Source: a virus. Taken from it: DNA of 35,767 bases. Within the stretch, counting starts at the first letter, position 1; each line of letters opens with the position of its first letter. The position numbers and the translations under genes were made by a program. The notes under the pieces are model-generated. The model searched no databases and had not been told where the DNA came from. It saw only the letters and a program-made list of their open reading frames with translations. The DNA lies in IMG/VR virus record IMGVR_UViG_3300025377_000002, one strand, 5' to 3'. Below, in pieces: positions 1-7,805 of the stretch.

Positions 1-99
1 CCGAAGCTCTAAGAGTACACAAACCAGTAGACGAAGCTATAAATATAATAGAAGAAATTTATGCAGAGTATGACAGTTAAAGAGATACAAATCCAGATG
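1..99. repeat. Terminal direct repeat identical to 35669-35767 (circular-contig overlap or terminal redundancy)
   Basis: Read directly: ccgaagctctaagag...atccagatg occurs at both ends. Positions 1-78 duplicate the 3' end of CDS 35347-35748. Confidence 0.95.
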
Positions 100-107
100 G
101 GCTTAAT

Positions 108-305
108 ATGCTCATACAAAATATGAGTGCAAGGCAATTAGCAAAAGAGGCAAAAGTTACACACACATCAGTAACAAGGTTTATGAATGGTGAAGGTGGA
201 ATAACCTTAGATACATTTCTCAAAATGCTCGACGCACTAGGTATGGGTGTAAAAATCACATCAAATAATAAAATGATAGACTTTTTGAAATCTAATAATA
301 TATAA
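108..305 (+). CDS. XRE/Cro-type helix-turn-helix DNA-binding protein
   Basis: 65 aa. SARQLAKEAKVTHTSVTRFMNGE followed by ITLDTFLKMLDALG matches the HTH_3 layout. An alternative start is at 123. Confidence 0.7.
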   Translation: MLIQNMSARQLAKEAKVTHTSVTRFMNGEGGITLDTFLKMLDALGMGVKITSNNKMIDFLKSNNI

Positions 306-310
306 AGAGT

Positions 311-637
311 ATGAATAAAGAAAACTTTACTTACAAAGAAATACCGTGGTTTGCAAACGAAATTCTAATGACAAAAAAGACATTTAATCGTATGCAAAAA
401 CTATTCCCCAAAGCTCATCCTAAAGTGAAAGAATCTCTATTAAGTCAGCTTGAAGGCTACCCCATTAAGATTTTATCAGAAGAACAGATGAAAGGCTTTG
501 AAGTTGATATTGCTATAGGCAAAAAGGATTTAAGTTTGAGTGTCAATTATACAAACTACAGAGGTATAATGCCTAAAATAAAATTTAGAGATTATGGAGA
601 TTCAAATATTGGAAAAATATATAATATATGCGTATGA
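311..637 (+). CDS. hypothetical protein
   Basis: 108-aa ORF, co-oriented and tightly packed with its neighbours. No motif recognised. Confidence 0.5.
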   Translation: MNKENFTYKEIPWFANEILMTKKTFNRMQKLFPKAHPKVKESLLSQLEGYPIKILSEEQMKGFEVDIAIGKKDLSLSVNYTNYRGIMPKIKFRDYGDSNIGKIYNICV

Positions 638-1149
638 ACTACCAACTAACAAACGATCTAATCAAAGACATAACCACACTACTACAAGACCCTGAGAATC
701 GTAAGATTGTTAATGAGGGGCAACCATACTTTGGAGTAGGCACAATGGTTGGCTACAAACAAGGCGAATTAGCTTTTAGGTTAAATATCGAAGACGTACC
801 TTTTGCATTTGATGATCTAAGTGAAGGAGATAAGTTATTTATAATCCGTCATTGTATCAAACTACTTCCTGCGTTTCAAGACAAAATAAAAAACGATTAT
901 ATCCTGATTAAGTATCAAGACATAAAAACATTGTCAGAGCATGGCTATGATTGCGAACTGGTTACTACACCAGGTCGTTTTAAGTTAGAGGTATCTTGCC
1001 ACCCTTACTATGAACCGACAGGCTCAGATCAGACAATAGCAAACTATATCAAGGACACTACAACCCTCTCCCAAGCCCTCCTAAAATCAGGAGCAATGAC
1101 AGTGAGTGAACTCGAGAGTGAATATAAAAGATTGACAAAAACTGATTAA
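628..1149 (+). CDS. hypothetical protein
   Basis: 173-aa ORF overlapping the upstream gene by 10 nt (coupled arrangement). No motif recognised. Confidence 0.55.
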   Translation: MRMNYQLTNDLIKDITTLLQDPENRKIVNEGQPYFGVGTMVGYKQGELAFRLNIEDVPFAFDDLSEGDKLFIIRHCIKLLPAFQDKIKNDYILIKYQDIKTLSEHGYDCELVTTPGRFKLEVSCHPYYEPTGSDQTIANYIKDTTTLSQALLKSGAMTVSELESEYKRLTKTD

Positions 1150-1166
1150 TACATGACATATATAGC

Positions 1167-1325
1167 ATGCCTAAAAAAATCAATCACGATACTGATCTGC
1201 ACATAAAGCTTAGTGCGGAACTAAAAGCATATTATGCTGATCTGGCAGTTAAGAAGGGCTTAACCCTTTCGCAATTCTTAAGGTTAGTATTAGAGAATTA
1301 CAAAAATATACTTGACAATACATGA
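1167..1325 (+). CDS. small ribbon-helix-helix (CopG/Arc-like) protein, 52 aa (below the ORF-track cutoff)
   Basis: My translation: MPKKINHDTDLHIKLSAELKAYYADLAVKKGLTLSQFLRLVLENYKNILDNT. It shows a beta-strand (LHIKLS) plus two helices, the RHH pattern. Confidence 0.5.
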   Translation: MPKKINHDTDLHIKLSAELKAYYADLAVKKGLTLSQFLRLVLENYKNILDNT

Positions 1326-1340
1326 CACGTATGTTATAAT
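1312..1340 (+). promoter_or_regulatory. sigma70-type promoter, perfect consensus
   Basis: TTGACA (1312-1317), a 17-nt spacer, then TATAAT (1335-1340). The -35 lies inside the last codons of the RHH ORF. It is upstream of CDS 1396. Confidence 0.7.
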
Positions 1341-1395
1341 TAATTCAGAACATCGGATAATGAGTTCTACACAATATAACTAATTATAACTAATT

Positions 1396-1593
1396 ATGAC
1401 TACTTTCAGTCTCACTCTAAAACAAATCGAAAGCATGTTAAACACAGGATACCACGGATTCGACCCCGCTTTCGATATTAGTATCAAAAATTACAATAAT
1501 GCAATCACAGACTTTAACTATATCTTTAAAGTTGAAACAGACAATAAAGATGCCATCAGCTACTTTAACGAAATGGGATTTGAGCAAGTTTAA
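1396..1593 (+). CDS. hypothetical protein
   Basis: 65-aa ORF about 55 nt downstream of the consensus promoter. Confidence 0.5.
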   Translation: MTTFSLTLKQIESMLNTGYHGFDPAFDISIKNYNNAITDFNYIFKVETDNKDAISYFNEMGFEQV

Positions 1594-1674
1594 TCTTTAG
1601 CAACTCTCAAAATTATTAACGCACTCAAGAGTAACTGTGCCAGTTCCTCTTGAAGTATCAATCCAACCCGACTA

Positions 1675-1701
1675 CTACCCCAAAAGGGTAGCTTTTTGTT
1701 T
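1675..1701 (+). terminator. rho-independent terminator
   Basis: ctaccc (1675-1680), loop caaaa, gggtag (1686-1691), followed by ctttttgttt. Confidence 0.6.
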
Positions 1702-1774
1702 GACTAATCAAAAAAACTATGTAATACTATAATATCCTGAAAACGTAGTATTAATCTAGTAAGGAGTTAAGCTT

Positions 1775-1987
1775 ATGGCTACAGCCATTTACAAGGCTAA
1801 GGTAATTGACAATGGTCATACCTTCTACTTTGTTACTCGCAATAAAGACGTGAGTCAATTAAGTGGGTTATGGGCTCGTCATTGCTCAGACTGCTGTAAG
1901 AATGTTTTAACTGACTTGCAGGTGTTTTCTCACCATGTAGCTCAAGCTAAAGTTGAAGAATACCAAACAGACGCAAACAAAGTTTAG
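1775..1987 (+). CDS. hypothetical protein in a moron-like cassette
   Basis: 70-aa ORF. It is one of very few genes here with a clear SD (taaggag, 8 nt before the ATG) and is flanked by terminators on both sides. Confidence 0.6.
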   Translation: MATAIYKAKVIDNGHTFYFVTRNKDVSQLSGLWARHCSDCCKNVLTDLQVFSHHVAQAKVEEYQTDANKV

Positions 1988-2000
1988 CATGCGTAAACCA

Positions 2001-2029
2001 CCACCGAATTTTAGTAGGTGGCTTTTTTT
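2001..2029 (+). terminator. rho-independent terminator at the convergence point of the two arms
   Basis: ccacc (2001-2005), an 11-nt loop, ggtgg (2017-2021), then cttttttt. It overlaps the last codons of the minus-strand CDS 2011-2490. Confidence 0.55.
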
Positions 2030-2490
2030 AGCTTTAGCCTCCTTTTAGTTATGGCATATCTTGTTACTCCAAACAACTCAGCTATTTCAGTATCTGTCTT
2101 TTTTTGATCTAACTGCTCCAACAACTGATCATCAGTAAATCTTTTTTGTGCTGGTTTAGAAAACCCAAATTTACCCCTCCACTTCCTTACCGTCTCAGTC
2201 GACACACCGCAAATCAATGCAATGTCTTGATTTGTTTTGCCAGCTATTAATAATTCTTTAATTTTTGAGTGTGTCTCAGGCTTAGCGTATAATCTTTTTA
2301 CAATAACCTCTATTTGCTTTCTTGTGTACTGAATAGGCTTATATGCCAATATCTTTGCAATCTCCTCTCTACGTGCCTTTACTGATAGCTTTTTGAGTAG
2401 CTTGTCTTGCTCTCGTACATATTTGAGTAATTCAGTCCCTTGAACTATATCACAGGCTATAATCTTTTGTAATTCTAGTATTCTACTCAT
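2011..2490 (-). CDS. DNA-binding protein with two helix-turn-helix modules (sigma region-4/LuxR-like)
   Basis: 159 aa. TNQDIALICGVSTETVRKWR and TDTEIAELFGVTRYAITKRR are two HTH signatures. The start overlaps the upstream gene in an ATGA-type junction. Confidence 0.6.
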   Translation of the reverse strand: MSRILELQKIIACDIVQGTELLKYVREQDKLLKKLSVKARREEIAKILAYKPIQYTRKQIEVIVKRLYAKPETHSKIKELLIAGKTNQDIALICGVSTETVRKWRGKFGFSKPAQKRFTDDQLLEQLDQKKTDTEIAELFGVTRYAITKRRLKLKKATY

Positions 2491-2801
2491 ATAAATACAT
2501 GATAATGAACTAATCCTTTAACTGATTGGTACTTGGTGTGGTTCCTGATAATAGTACAGTTCTTATGTTTGCGGATAGTATTAATTACGTTGTCAACCTC
2601 TTCCTGAGTCTTGCCTAAAAACCAAAGTACATGGTGTTCAAAGTCTCCTTCATACGGAAATTCATTAGGGACATACGCTACACCATTTGCCCACGGCAGG
2701 GTATTGATCAGATATTCTTCGGGTGTTAATCCCATCTCTTCTATATCTTTAAGACGTTGTTCATAATCCTTTTGAACTCTAGGGTGTCTTGACATGCTCA
2801 T
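2487..2801 (-). CDS. minimal HIT-like (histidine-triad-like) nucleotide hydrolase/transferase candidate
   Basis: 104 aa. VPNEFPYEGDFEHHVLW resembles the N-terminal NxxP...H-hydrophobic strand. RNHTKYQSVKGLVHYHVFI resembles N.G...QSV.H.H.H-hydrophobic, but only two of the three His are present. Confidence 0.4.
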   Translation of the reverse strand: MSMSRHPRVQKDYEQRLKDIEEMGLTPEEYLINTLPWANGVAYVPNEFPYEGDFEHHVLWFLGKTQEEVDNVINTIRKHKNCTIIRNHTKYQSVKGLVHYHVFI

Positions 2802-2812
2802 ATAATTGAGTT

Positions 2813-2841
2813 AGTATACCCCATAAATTCGCCTATGTCAA
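2813..2841 (-). promoter_or_regulatory. sigma70-type promoter for the HIT-like/HTH operon
   Basis: On the minus strand: TTGACA (2841-2836), 17 nt, TATACT (2818-2813). The ATG at 2801 follows 11 nt after the -10. Confidence 0.65.
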
Positions 2842-2964
2842 TAGATTGGGCATAATCTATGAAACTACTCATTGCAATTATATTGCTACCTCCAATATTA
2901 CTTACTAAACCAGTCGTTGATATAATGAAAAAATACTTAGTTAATAAGTACGGGACGTATAAGA

Positions 2965-3210
2965 TTATTTAGATTTTGATTCGATCTTAAGTTTAAGCTC
3001 TTCTTTAATCTTCTTAGCTACATCGTGCAGTTTAGAGTCATCTGATACACTATCAGTAAACTGAATTGCTGAGGTAAGATCGTAGAGTGACACAAGCAAA
3101 AAAGCGTTATCTTGCTTTAGTTTGGTGTTTTCGTTCAATAAGTGGGTTATCACTCCACCCCCTAGGATTGTTAAAGCTCCAAAAATGGCTGTAAATATTG
3201 TTGCGTCCAT
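2965..3210 (-). CDS. small membrane protein (holin/spanin-like, by position)
   Basis: 81 aa with an N-terminal TM segment (IFTAIFGALTILGGGVITHLL) and a charged coiled C-terminus. It is the last gene of the lysis cluster. Confidence 0.5.
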   Translation of the reverse strand: MDATIFTAIFGALTILGGGVITHLLNENTKLKQDNAFLLVSLYDLTSAIQFTDSVSDDSKLHDVAKKIKEELKLKIESKSK

Positions 3211-3211
3211 A

Positions 3212-3523
3212 TTATAATTTTTTAATTAATTCTTTTATTTCTAATAGCTCACCGTGTAGTATTTGAGTATCTTTTTTTTGTTGTGCTAGTACTTTAGTTG
3301 ATAAGCTATCGTATTCGTCTAATGACATTAATACTATTGCCCAGAATAACAATTGCGAATATGCTGTAGCATAGCTCAATAAAATAAGGACGTTATCGAG
3401 TGGATTCATAGTCAAAATAAAGTTCTCTAAGTACCCCGTAAGTAAAACCGATTGGTATGAAATAAAGTTGGTTAATAAAGATTGTGAGAGCATAATAGTC
3501 GCCAGTATGTACAAAATAATCAA
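3212..3523 (-). CDS. holin-like membrane protein (start uncertain)
   Basis: 103 aa with hydrophobic segments and a charged C-terminal helix. It overlaps ORF 3393-3680 by 131 nt in another frame. An internal Met at 3409 would cut the overlap to 17 nt. Confidence 0.4.
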   Translation of the reverse strand: MIILYILATIMLSQSLLTNFISYQSVLLTGYLENFILTMNPLDNVLILLSYATAYSQLLFWAIVLMSLDEYDSLSTKVLAQQKKDTQILHGELLEIKELIKKL

Positions 3524-3680
3524 TGTTTAGAAATAAGACAAACAAGAACCATCCCCAAAATGTACCCCCTCTGATAATTGTCTTTTGGAGATACTTACTG
3601 AGCGTTTGTTTTTTGTTCTCCTTAGCTATAAAGAACTTATACAAGCGTGCGTAAAGTGAAAGTGTTCTACTCGAAGTCAT
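3393..3680 (-). CDS. small membrane protein (holin-like), extent uncertain
   Basis: 95 aa. Its start is coupled to the M23 gene stop (TAATG overlap at 3680). It has a basic N-terminus and then hydrophobic segments. Confidence 0.4.
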   Translation of the reverse strand: MTSSRTLSLYARLYKFFIAKENKKQTLSKYLQKTIIRGGTFWGWFLFVLFLNIDYFVHTGDYYALTIFINQLYFIPIGFTYGVLRELYFDYESTR

Positions 3681-4705
3681 TATCTTTTATTCCATTTATC
3701 AATTAATTTATTAGCTCCAAAGAAGAACAACACCCCAAGGCTTGCTACCCCTCCGAATATGAAGAGTAATTGGTGATATTCACTAGGTACGTTCTGAGAA
3801 ATGTAGAAGAGGGCTGTCGATAGTGTAGTTGTAATGATCGCCCACTTATCAATACCGAATGTAAGCCAGCCTAAAAACCATTCTGAACCGCTGAGCTTCT
3901 TTTTGTTGAGTTCTTGAGCTTCTGTAATTAAGCCAATAAGATCGGTAGCGTTTACTATTTCCTTTGTTCTAGCGTCTACCTCTTCTTTGCGTTCTTGTAC
4001 TGATTTGTGGAATTGATCAGCTGTATTTGCACTTTGTTCTGCAATTAAAGGTTCAGTTTTAGTTTCTGGCTTACTTGTCGTATTGTTATTTGCACTTTGT
4101 CGTTCTGCTTCAACTTCTAAAAGCCAAGCAGGGTAATACTTTGCAAAGTATTCTTTATCTCCGCTTTGTATTGCTTTTACGAGAAGATCTTTACTTAGTG
4201 CTGAGCCTCCGCTTCCTTGTATAAATTTAATTAGTTCGTCATTCATAGTAGTGTTTGGGTCAATTATTGTAGTTTGTGTGTATGCTTTCTCAAGCCATGG
4301 TTTAGGGTCAACGGCTCTATTGTTGACTAGTAAGCCAAGGTGAAGGTGTGCGCCTGTAGAATGTCCAGCCCCCCACGTTCCTCTCGCTCCTCCTGATAAT
4401 CCTATACGCTGATTACTAGTCACTCTATCGCCTTTTTTAACGTCTATTCTTGATAAGTGTAGGAAGCGAGCAACACCTCCATCTTTATCGCTCTTAACAT
4501 CAACGTACGCCCCTCCGAACTGATCTAGCCCTGCATACGTAACTACTCCGTCCCACGCTCCAGAAGGTGGTAACGTTACAGGTGTGCCTTGGGGATATGC
4601 AAAGTCAATACCATCATGAACATCACGATACGTAACCCCGTTGATTATGTGGGTTCTAGGTATGCCGTAAGAGCTTGTAATTGGGTGTGTTAGTGGATTA
4701 GTCAT
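3680..4705 (-). CDS. M23 (LytM-type) peptidoglycan endopeptidase with a C-terminal membrane anchor: endolysin or tail lysin
   Basis: 341 aa. HDGIDFAYPQGTPV is the HxxxD motif and GAHLHLGL is the HxH motif. The C-terminal ~70 aa carry two hydrophobic helices. Confidence 0.8.
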   Translation of the reverse strand: MTNPLTHPITSSYGIPRTHIINGVTYRDVHDGIDFAYPQGTPVTLPPSGAWDGVVTYAGLDQFGGAYVDVKSDKDGGVARFLHLSRIDVKKGDRVTSNQRIGLSGGARGTWGAGHSTGAHLHLGLLVNNRAVDPKPWLEKAYTQTTIIDPNTTMNDELIKFIQGSGGSALSKDLLVKAIQSGDKEYFAKYYPAWLLEVEAERQSANNNTTSKPETKTEPLIAEQSANTADQFHKSVQERKEEVDARTKEIVNATDLIGLITEAQELNKKKLSGSEWFLGWLTFGIDKWAIITTTLSTALFYISQNVPSEYHQLLFIFGGVASLGVLFFFGANKLIDKWNKR

Positions 4706-4932
4706 ACTATACTTGTTATTAATCCGCCACTGACTGTAACAGTTTTGCCGTCTGTTGTTGTAGTTTGCCCGTTAATAAGCGAATCAACTGTTTGAGTGTA
4801 AATATCGCCAACTATAGGAACGACGACTATACCACCACAGGTAAAGCTAAAGCTGAGCACATCCAAGCGCAAAGTAACTGGGATATTAACTAAGTTACCC
4901 CGTACAATATTAATTGGCTCACTACAAGACAT
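4702..4932 (-). CDS. hypothetical small structural/tail protein
   Basis: 76-aa ORF, coupled to the downstream M23 gene and preceded by the 13-mer motif. Confidence 0.5.
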   Translation of the reverse strand: MSCSEPINIVRGNLVNIPVTLRLDVLSFSFTCGGIVVVPIVGDIYTQTVDSLINGQTTTTDGKTVTVSGGLITSIV

Positions 4933-4963
4933 GATTAAGGAATCCTATTTTTATAGGTACGTG

Positions 4964-4976
4964 CAAATAATGACTA
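4964..4976 (-). promoter_or_regulatory. copy 1 of an exact 13-mer (plus: CAAATAATGACTA; minus sense: TAGTCATTATTTG)
   Basis: Exact 13-mer in the intergenic gap, 31 nt upstream of the start codon at 4932. Confidence 0.45.
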
Positions 4977-4988
4977 ATCATTGACTAA

Positions 4989-5771
4989 TTAGAAGTTGGC
5001 AAGCAGTGCGTAGTAATTAAATGCGTATGAGACTTGACCGTAGAAGTTCCTCGCTAGGAATGCTGCGTTGTTAAAGTTGACCCCCGTAACGTCAAAGGCT
5101 AAAGATACTGCCAGTGGTCTATTACCATTTACTATAAAGCGTTGGTATTGATCCGCAGTTAGTTTTGTAGGGTCTATACTAAAGTCTGGATATGACACGC
5201 CACCTAAAGCAATACTAGGCCGTGCGCCAATCGTGTCTTTAAGATTAAGATTAGTATTGAAGTTTACAAAATTATACGTTGCTGTCGATTTAAACCAGTT
5301 GAATAATCCAGCATTTATTACAATCAAAGGCTCAACGGTAAAGCCAAAGAGTGGGAACGTTCCAGAAGCTAAATAATCGTCTGAGTATATATTGAGTATA
5401 GTAAAATAGAGATTGCAACTAAAGTCTCCAATAGAAGTATCACTAAACGCTGCGTAGTTTGGCAAAACTGTATAATTAACGTCTAAGGTTATTGATCTAG
5501 GATCTTCTCCAAGCTTGCGTGTCTTTGACCCCGTTAATGTGGTAAATGAATATTGATCAGGAGCGGTAGCATAAAATGCACCTGCTAAGTTCTGAGCACC
5601 TGCCAAGAGCTGACGGGTGTTAACTCTTTCAGGTGCATAAATAAACACGTTACGAGTTCCACTTTGATATTCTTTTTTAAACTCAATAACCTCAGCATAT
5701 TGTTGCTGTTCTGTACTCATTGTCTGCGCAAGTGAGTCATTTGTGCCTATTGCTCTGCCGTTTGCGTTCAT
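4989..5771 (-). CDS. tail fibre/baseplate-associated protein (by position)
   Basis: 260-aa ORF in the distal tail module. No motif recognised. Confidence 0.5.
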   Translation of the reverse strand: MNANGRAIGTNDSLAQTMSTEQQQYAEVIEFKKEYQSGTRNVFIYAPERVNTRQLLAGAQNLAGAFYATAPDQYSFTTLTGSKTRKLGEDPRSITLDVNYTVLPNYAAFSDTSIGDFSCNLYFTILNIYSDDYLASGTFPLFGFTVEPLIVINAGLFNWFKSTATYNFVNFNTNLNLKDTIGARPSIALGGVSYPDFSIDPTKLTADQYQRFIVNGNRPLAVSLAFDVTGVNFNNAAFLARNFYGQVSYAFNYYALLANF

Positions 5772-6931
5772 AATTCTGTTAAATCAAATTGAAGTTTAGT
5801 ATATAGTATCTTTTCTTTTATATCGTGAATCAGATATTTTTTATTATTTCGAGTGATTGTCTTTGAATAATTAACATCAAGATATTTAGGAAAGGTTAAT
5901 TTTCTAAAGGCTATCTCACAGTCAATTCTAAGGCTTTCTTTTTGTGTTTTGAGATAATACACCCCTTTGCGATAAAGATACGCCAGAGCATCGTTTACGT
6001 TATAAATCTGAGCACCTGCCCCATCATCTGAGTTAGCGGTTAAGGTTACGGGGTAATTAAAGAACCTTCGTTCTAATCCTGTATAATTTACGTCTTGAAT
6101 ATATATCTTACCGTTAATTTCTACGAGTGGAAACTCAGGGTCAACGAATGTATAATTAGTCCTCTCGAACACGGGCGCTGAGTTGCTTGAGCCTCCACCT
6201 TGCCCTGTATCAAGTATAGGGTATAAGAATTGTATTTGTCTCCCGTTGTAGAATGTTTGAAGGTTTGTCAGAACTGGGTTAGAGTTAAAGATGCTTCTTA
6301 CATTACTTGTTTCCAATCTTTCGGTTGCAAACCGTGTGTCTATTGCTCCGTAGCTTTCTATATTGTTATAATCGCCAATTAATATTCTATTAGAATACGA
6401 ACCGTCACCTCTAGCATATAATCCTGTATCGAAGTAACTCCACGCACCACTTGACTTACGTAGTTCGTCTATTATAGCAAGATTTTGGTTTACTCCTGTC
6501 GTCAAGCTAAGGGTTACATCATTACTTATTAAGATAAACTCAAAGCCTTGTATTCTGTTGGCTGTAACAATTCCACTTTGATTGACGAACTGTTGATTAA
6601 TAAGCGTTGGCTCAGCATATAATGATTTGTAAATAGATGAATAAAACCTGACTTCTATTTGCCCCTGTGAGTCTACTTTTTTAGATGATTTATCTTGAAC
6701 AAATAGTAGATCATGTCCGTCTTTTTTAATACGTATGCCATAATCACTATTTTTTATAAAATTGTAAGCATCAAATGGTAAATTAGTATTAAATTTACAA
6801 GTTAGCTCATTTGGCTGATTAGTATTGTATGTAAGCTGAGCTTGTGTTACACCCTTTGATTGAGTGTTTATGGTAAACAGTGAATTATATTGCTCAGTAT
6901 CATCAAAAGGATTAACAATTTGTAGTATCAT
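5768..6931 (-). CDS. tail/baseplate protein (by position); start trimmed from the ORF track
   Basis: I place the start at ATG 6931-6929. This gives the genome-typical TAATATG junction with the upstream stop at 6933-6935, instead of a 53-nt overlap. Confidence 0.55.
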   Translation of the reverse strand: MILQIVNPFDDTEQYNSLFTINTQSKGVTQAQLTYNTNQPNELTCKFNTNLPFDAYNFIKNSDYGIRIKKDGHDLLFVQDKSSKKVDSQGQIEVRFYSSIYKSLYAEPTLINQQFVNQSGIVTANRIQGFEFILISNDVTLSLTTGVNQNLAIIDELRKSSGAWSYFDTGLYARGDGSYSNRILIGDYNNIESYGAIDTRFATERLETSNVRSIFNSNPVLTNLQTFYNGRQIQFLYPILDTGQGGGSSNSAPVFERTNYTFVDPEFPLVEINGKIYIQDVNYTGLERRFFNYPVTLTANSDDGAGAQIYNVNDALAYLYRKGVYYLKTQKESLRIDCEIAFRKLTFPKYLDVNYSKTITRNNKKYLIHDIKEKILYTKLQFDLTEL

Positions 6932-6932
6932 A

Positions 6933-7805
6933 TTAAGTTGTTGCAAGCAATAAACTGCCGTTCCAATAAGTGAAGCGCCGTCCACTAAAAACAGTTACGG
7001 TAGTTGATGTTCCTGCAGTACCATACAACTCAACGAAGTCGTTGGCGTTTAATTGTATTATTGTTTCTGCTAATGCAAAACCTGGTACGCCTGCTAATGC
7101 ACTTGTAAGTCTGTATGCGTGCTGCCAAGGTGCGCCGTTCTTATGATATTCGAAAAAGAAGTCAAAAGGAGATCCTGATAAAGAAGACAAAAGTGCCATA
7201 CCACCAAATTGATAATAGCCTGTAACAGGCGCTACAAATCTTGACGAAGCGGCAGTATAGTTGCTAGACAAATCGAATGTTTCTGTTGTCATTCCTATTT
7301 TAGCAGTCGCACCACCCGTAAATGACTGACTTGCTGTTAAATACGCTTGAAACATTATACGATTATTAAGATAGCGACTCTCAACTCTCCATTGGGTACC
7401 ATTTGGTGAGTATGTTCTTGATTCGTTAGGTATTGATATAACATTAGTTGTGGTTGCGGGCGCTATTGCATAAGCAGACGTTTCAACCGTATCAGAACCT
7501 GTACTTGTAACAGTAACTGTATTAAATGTAGTATCAATCTTTTTAATAGTGATTGATTGAAGTTGACCTGTGGCAGCGGGTAAGTTAACGACCTTATTGT
7601 TCTGAGAAGCGTCAACGTAGATAACAACCTCAGTATTAGCGGTTATGTTGTATGGACTTGCTGAGGTAGTAACCCGAGTAAATCCGTCAATCGCATTAGT
7701 GAAGTTCTTAAGCGGATTAAGATTAGCATTCATGAAGGCAGGGGTTGCATTATCCCCGTTCACGACTGCGGCTGCATTGGTTATTATTGGTGTGGTAACT
7801 GACAT
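6933..7805 (-). CDS. tail fibre/receptor-binding protein with a C1q/TNF-like C-terminal domain
   Basis: 290 aa. SRFVAPVTGYYQFGG, IIQLNANDFVELY and RRFTYWNGSLL match the C1q globular-head strand pattern. Confidence 0.55.
   Translation of the reverse strand: MSVTTPIITNAAAVVNGDNATPAFMNANLNPLKNFTNAIDGFTRVTTSASPYNITANTEVVIYVDASQNNKVVNLPAATGQLQSITIKKIDTTFNTVTVTSTGSDTVETSAYAIAPATTTNVISIPNESRTYSPNGTQWRVESRYLNNRIMFQAYLTASQSFTGGATAKIGMTTETFDLSSNYTAASSRFVAPVTGYYQFGGMALLSSLSGSPFDFFFEYHKNGAPWQHAYRLTSALAGVPGFALAETIIQLNANDFVELYGTAGTSTTVTVFSGRRFTYWNGSLLLATT

Noticed and set aside
2860-2973. 37-aa plus-strand hydrophobic ORF (MKLLIAIILLPPILL...) between minus-strand genes
   Set aside because: It lies opposite the surrounding operon, overlaps the minus-strand promoter region, and has no promoter or SD of its own. 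It is most likely fortuitous.
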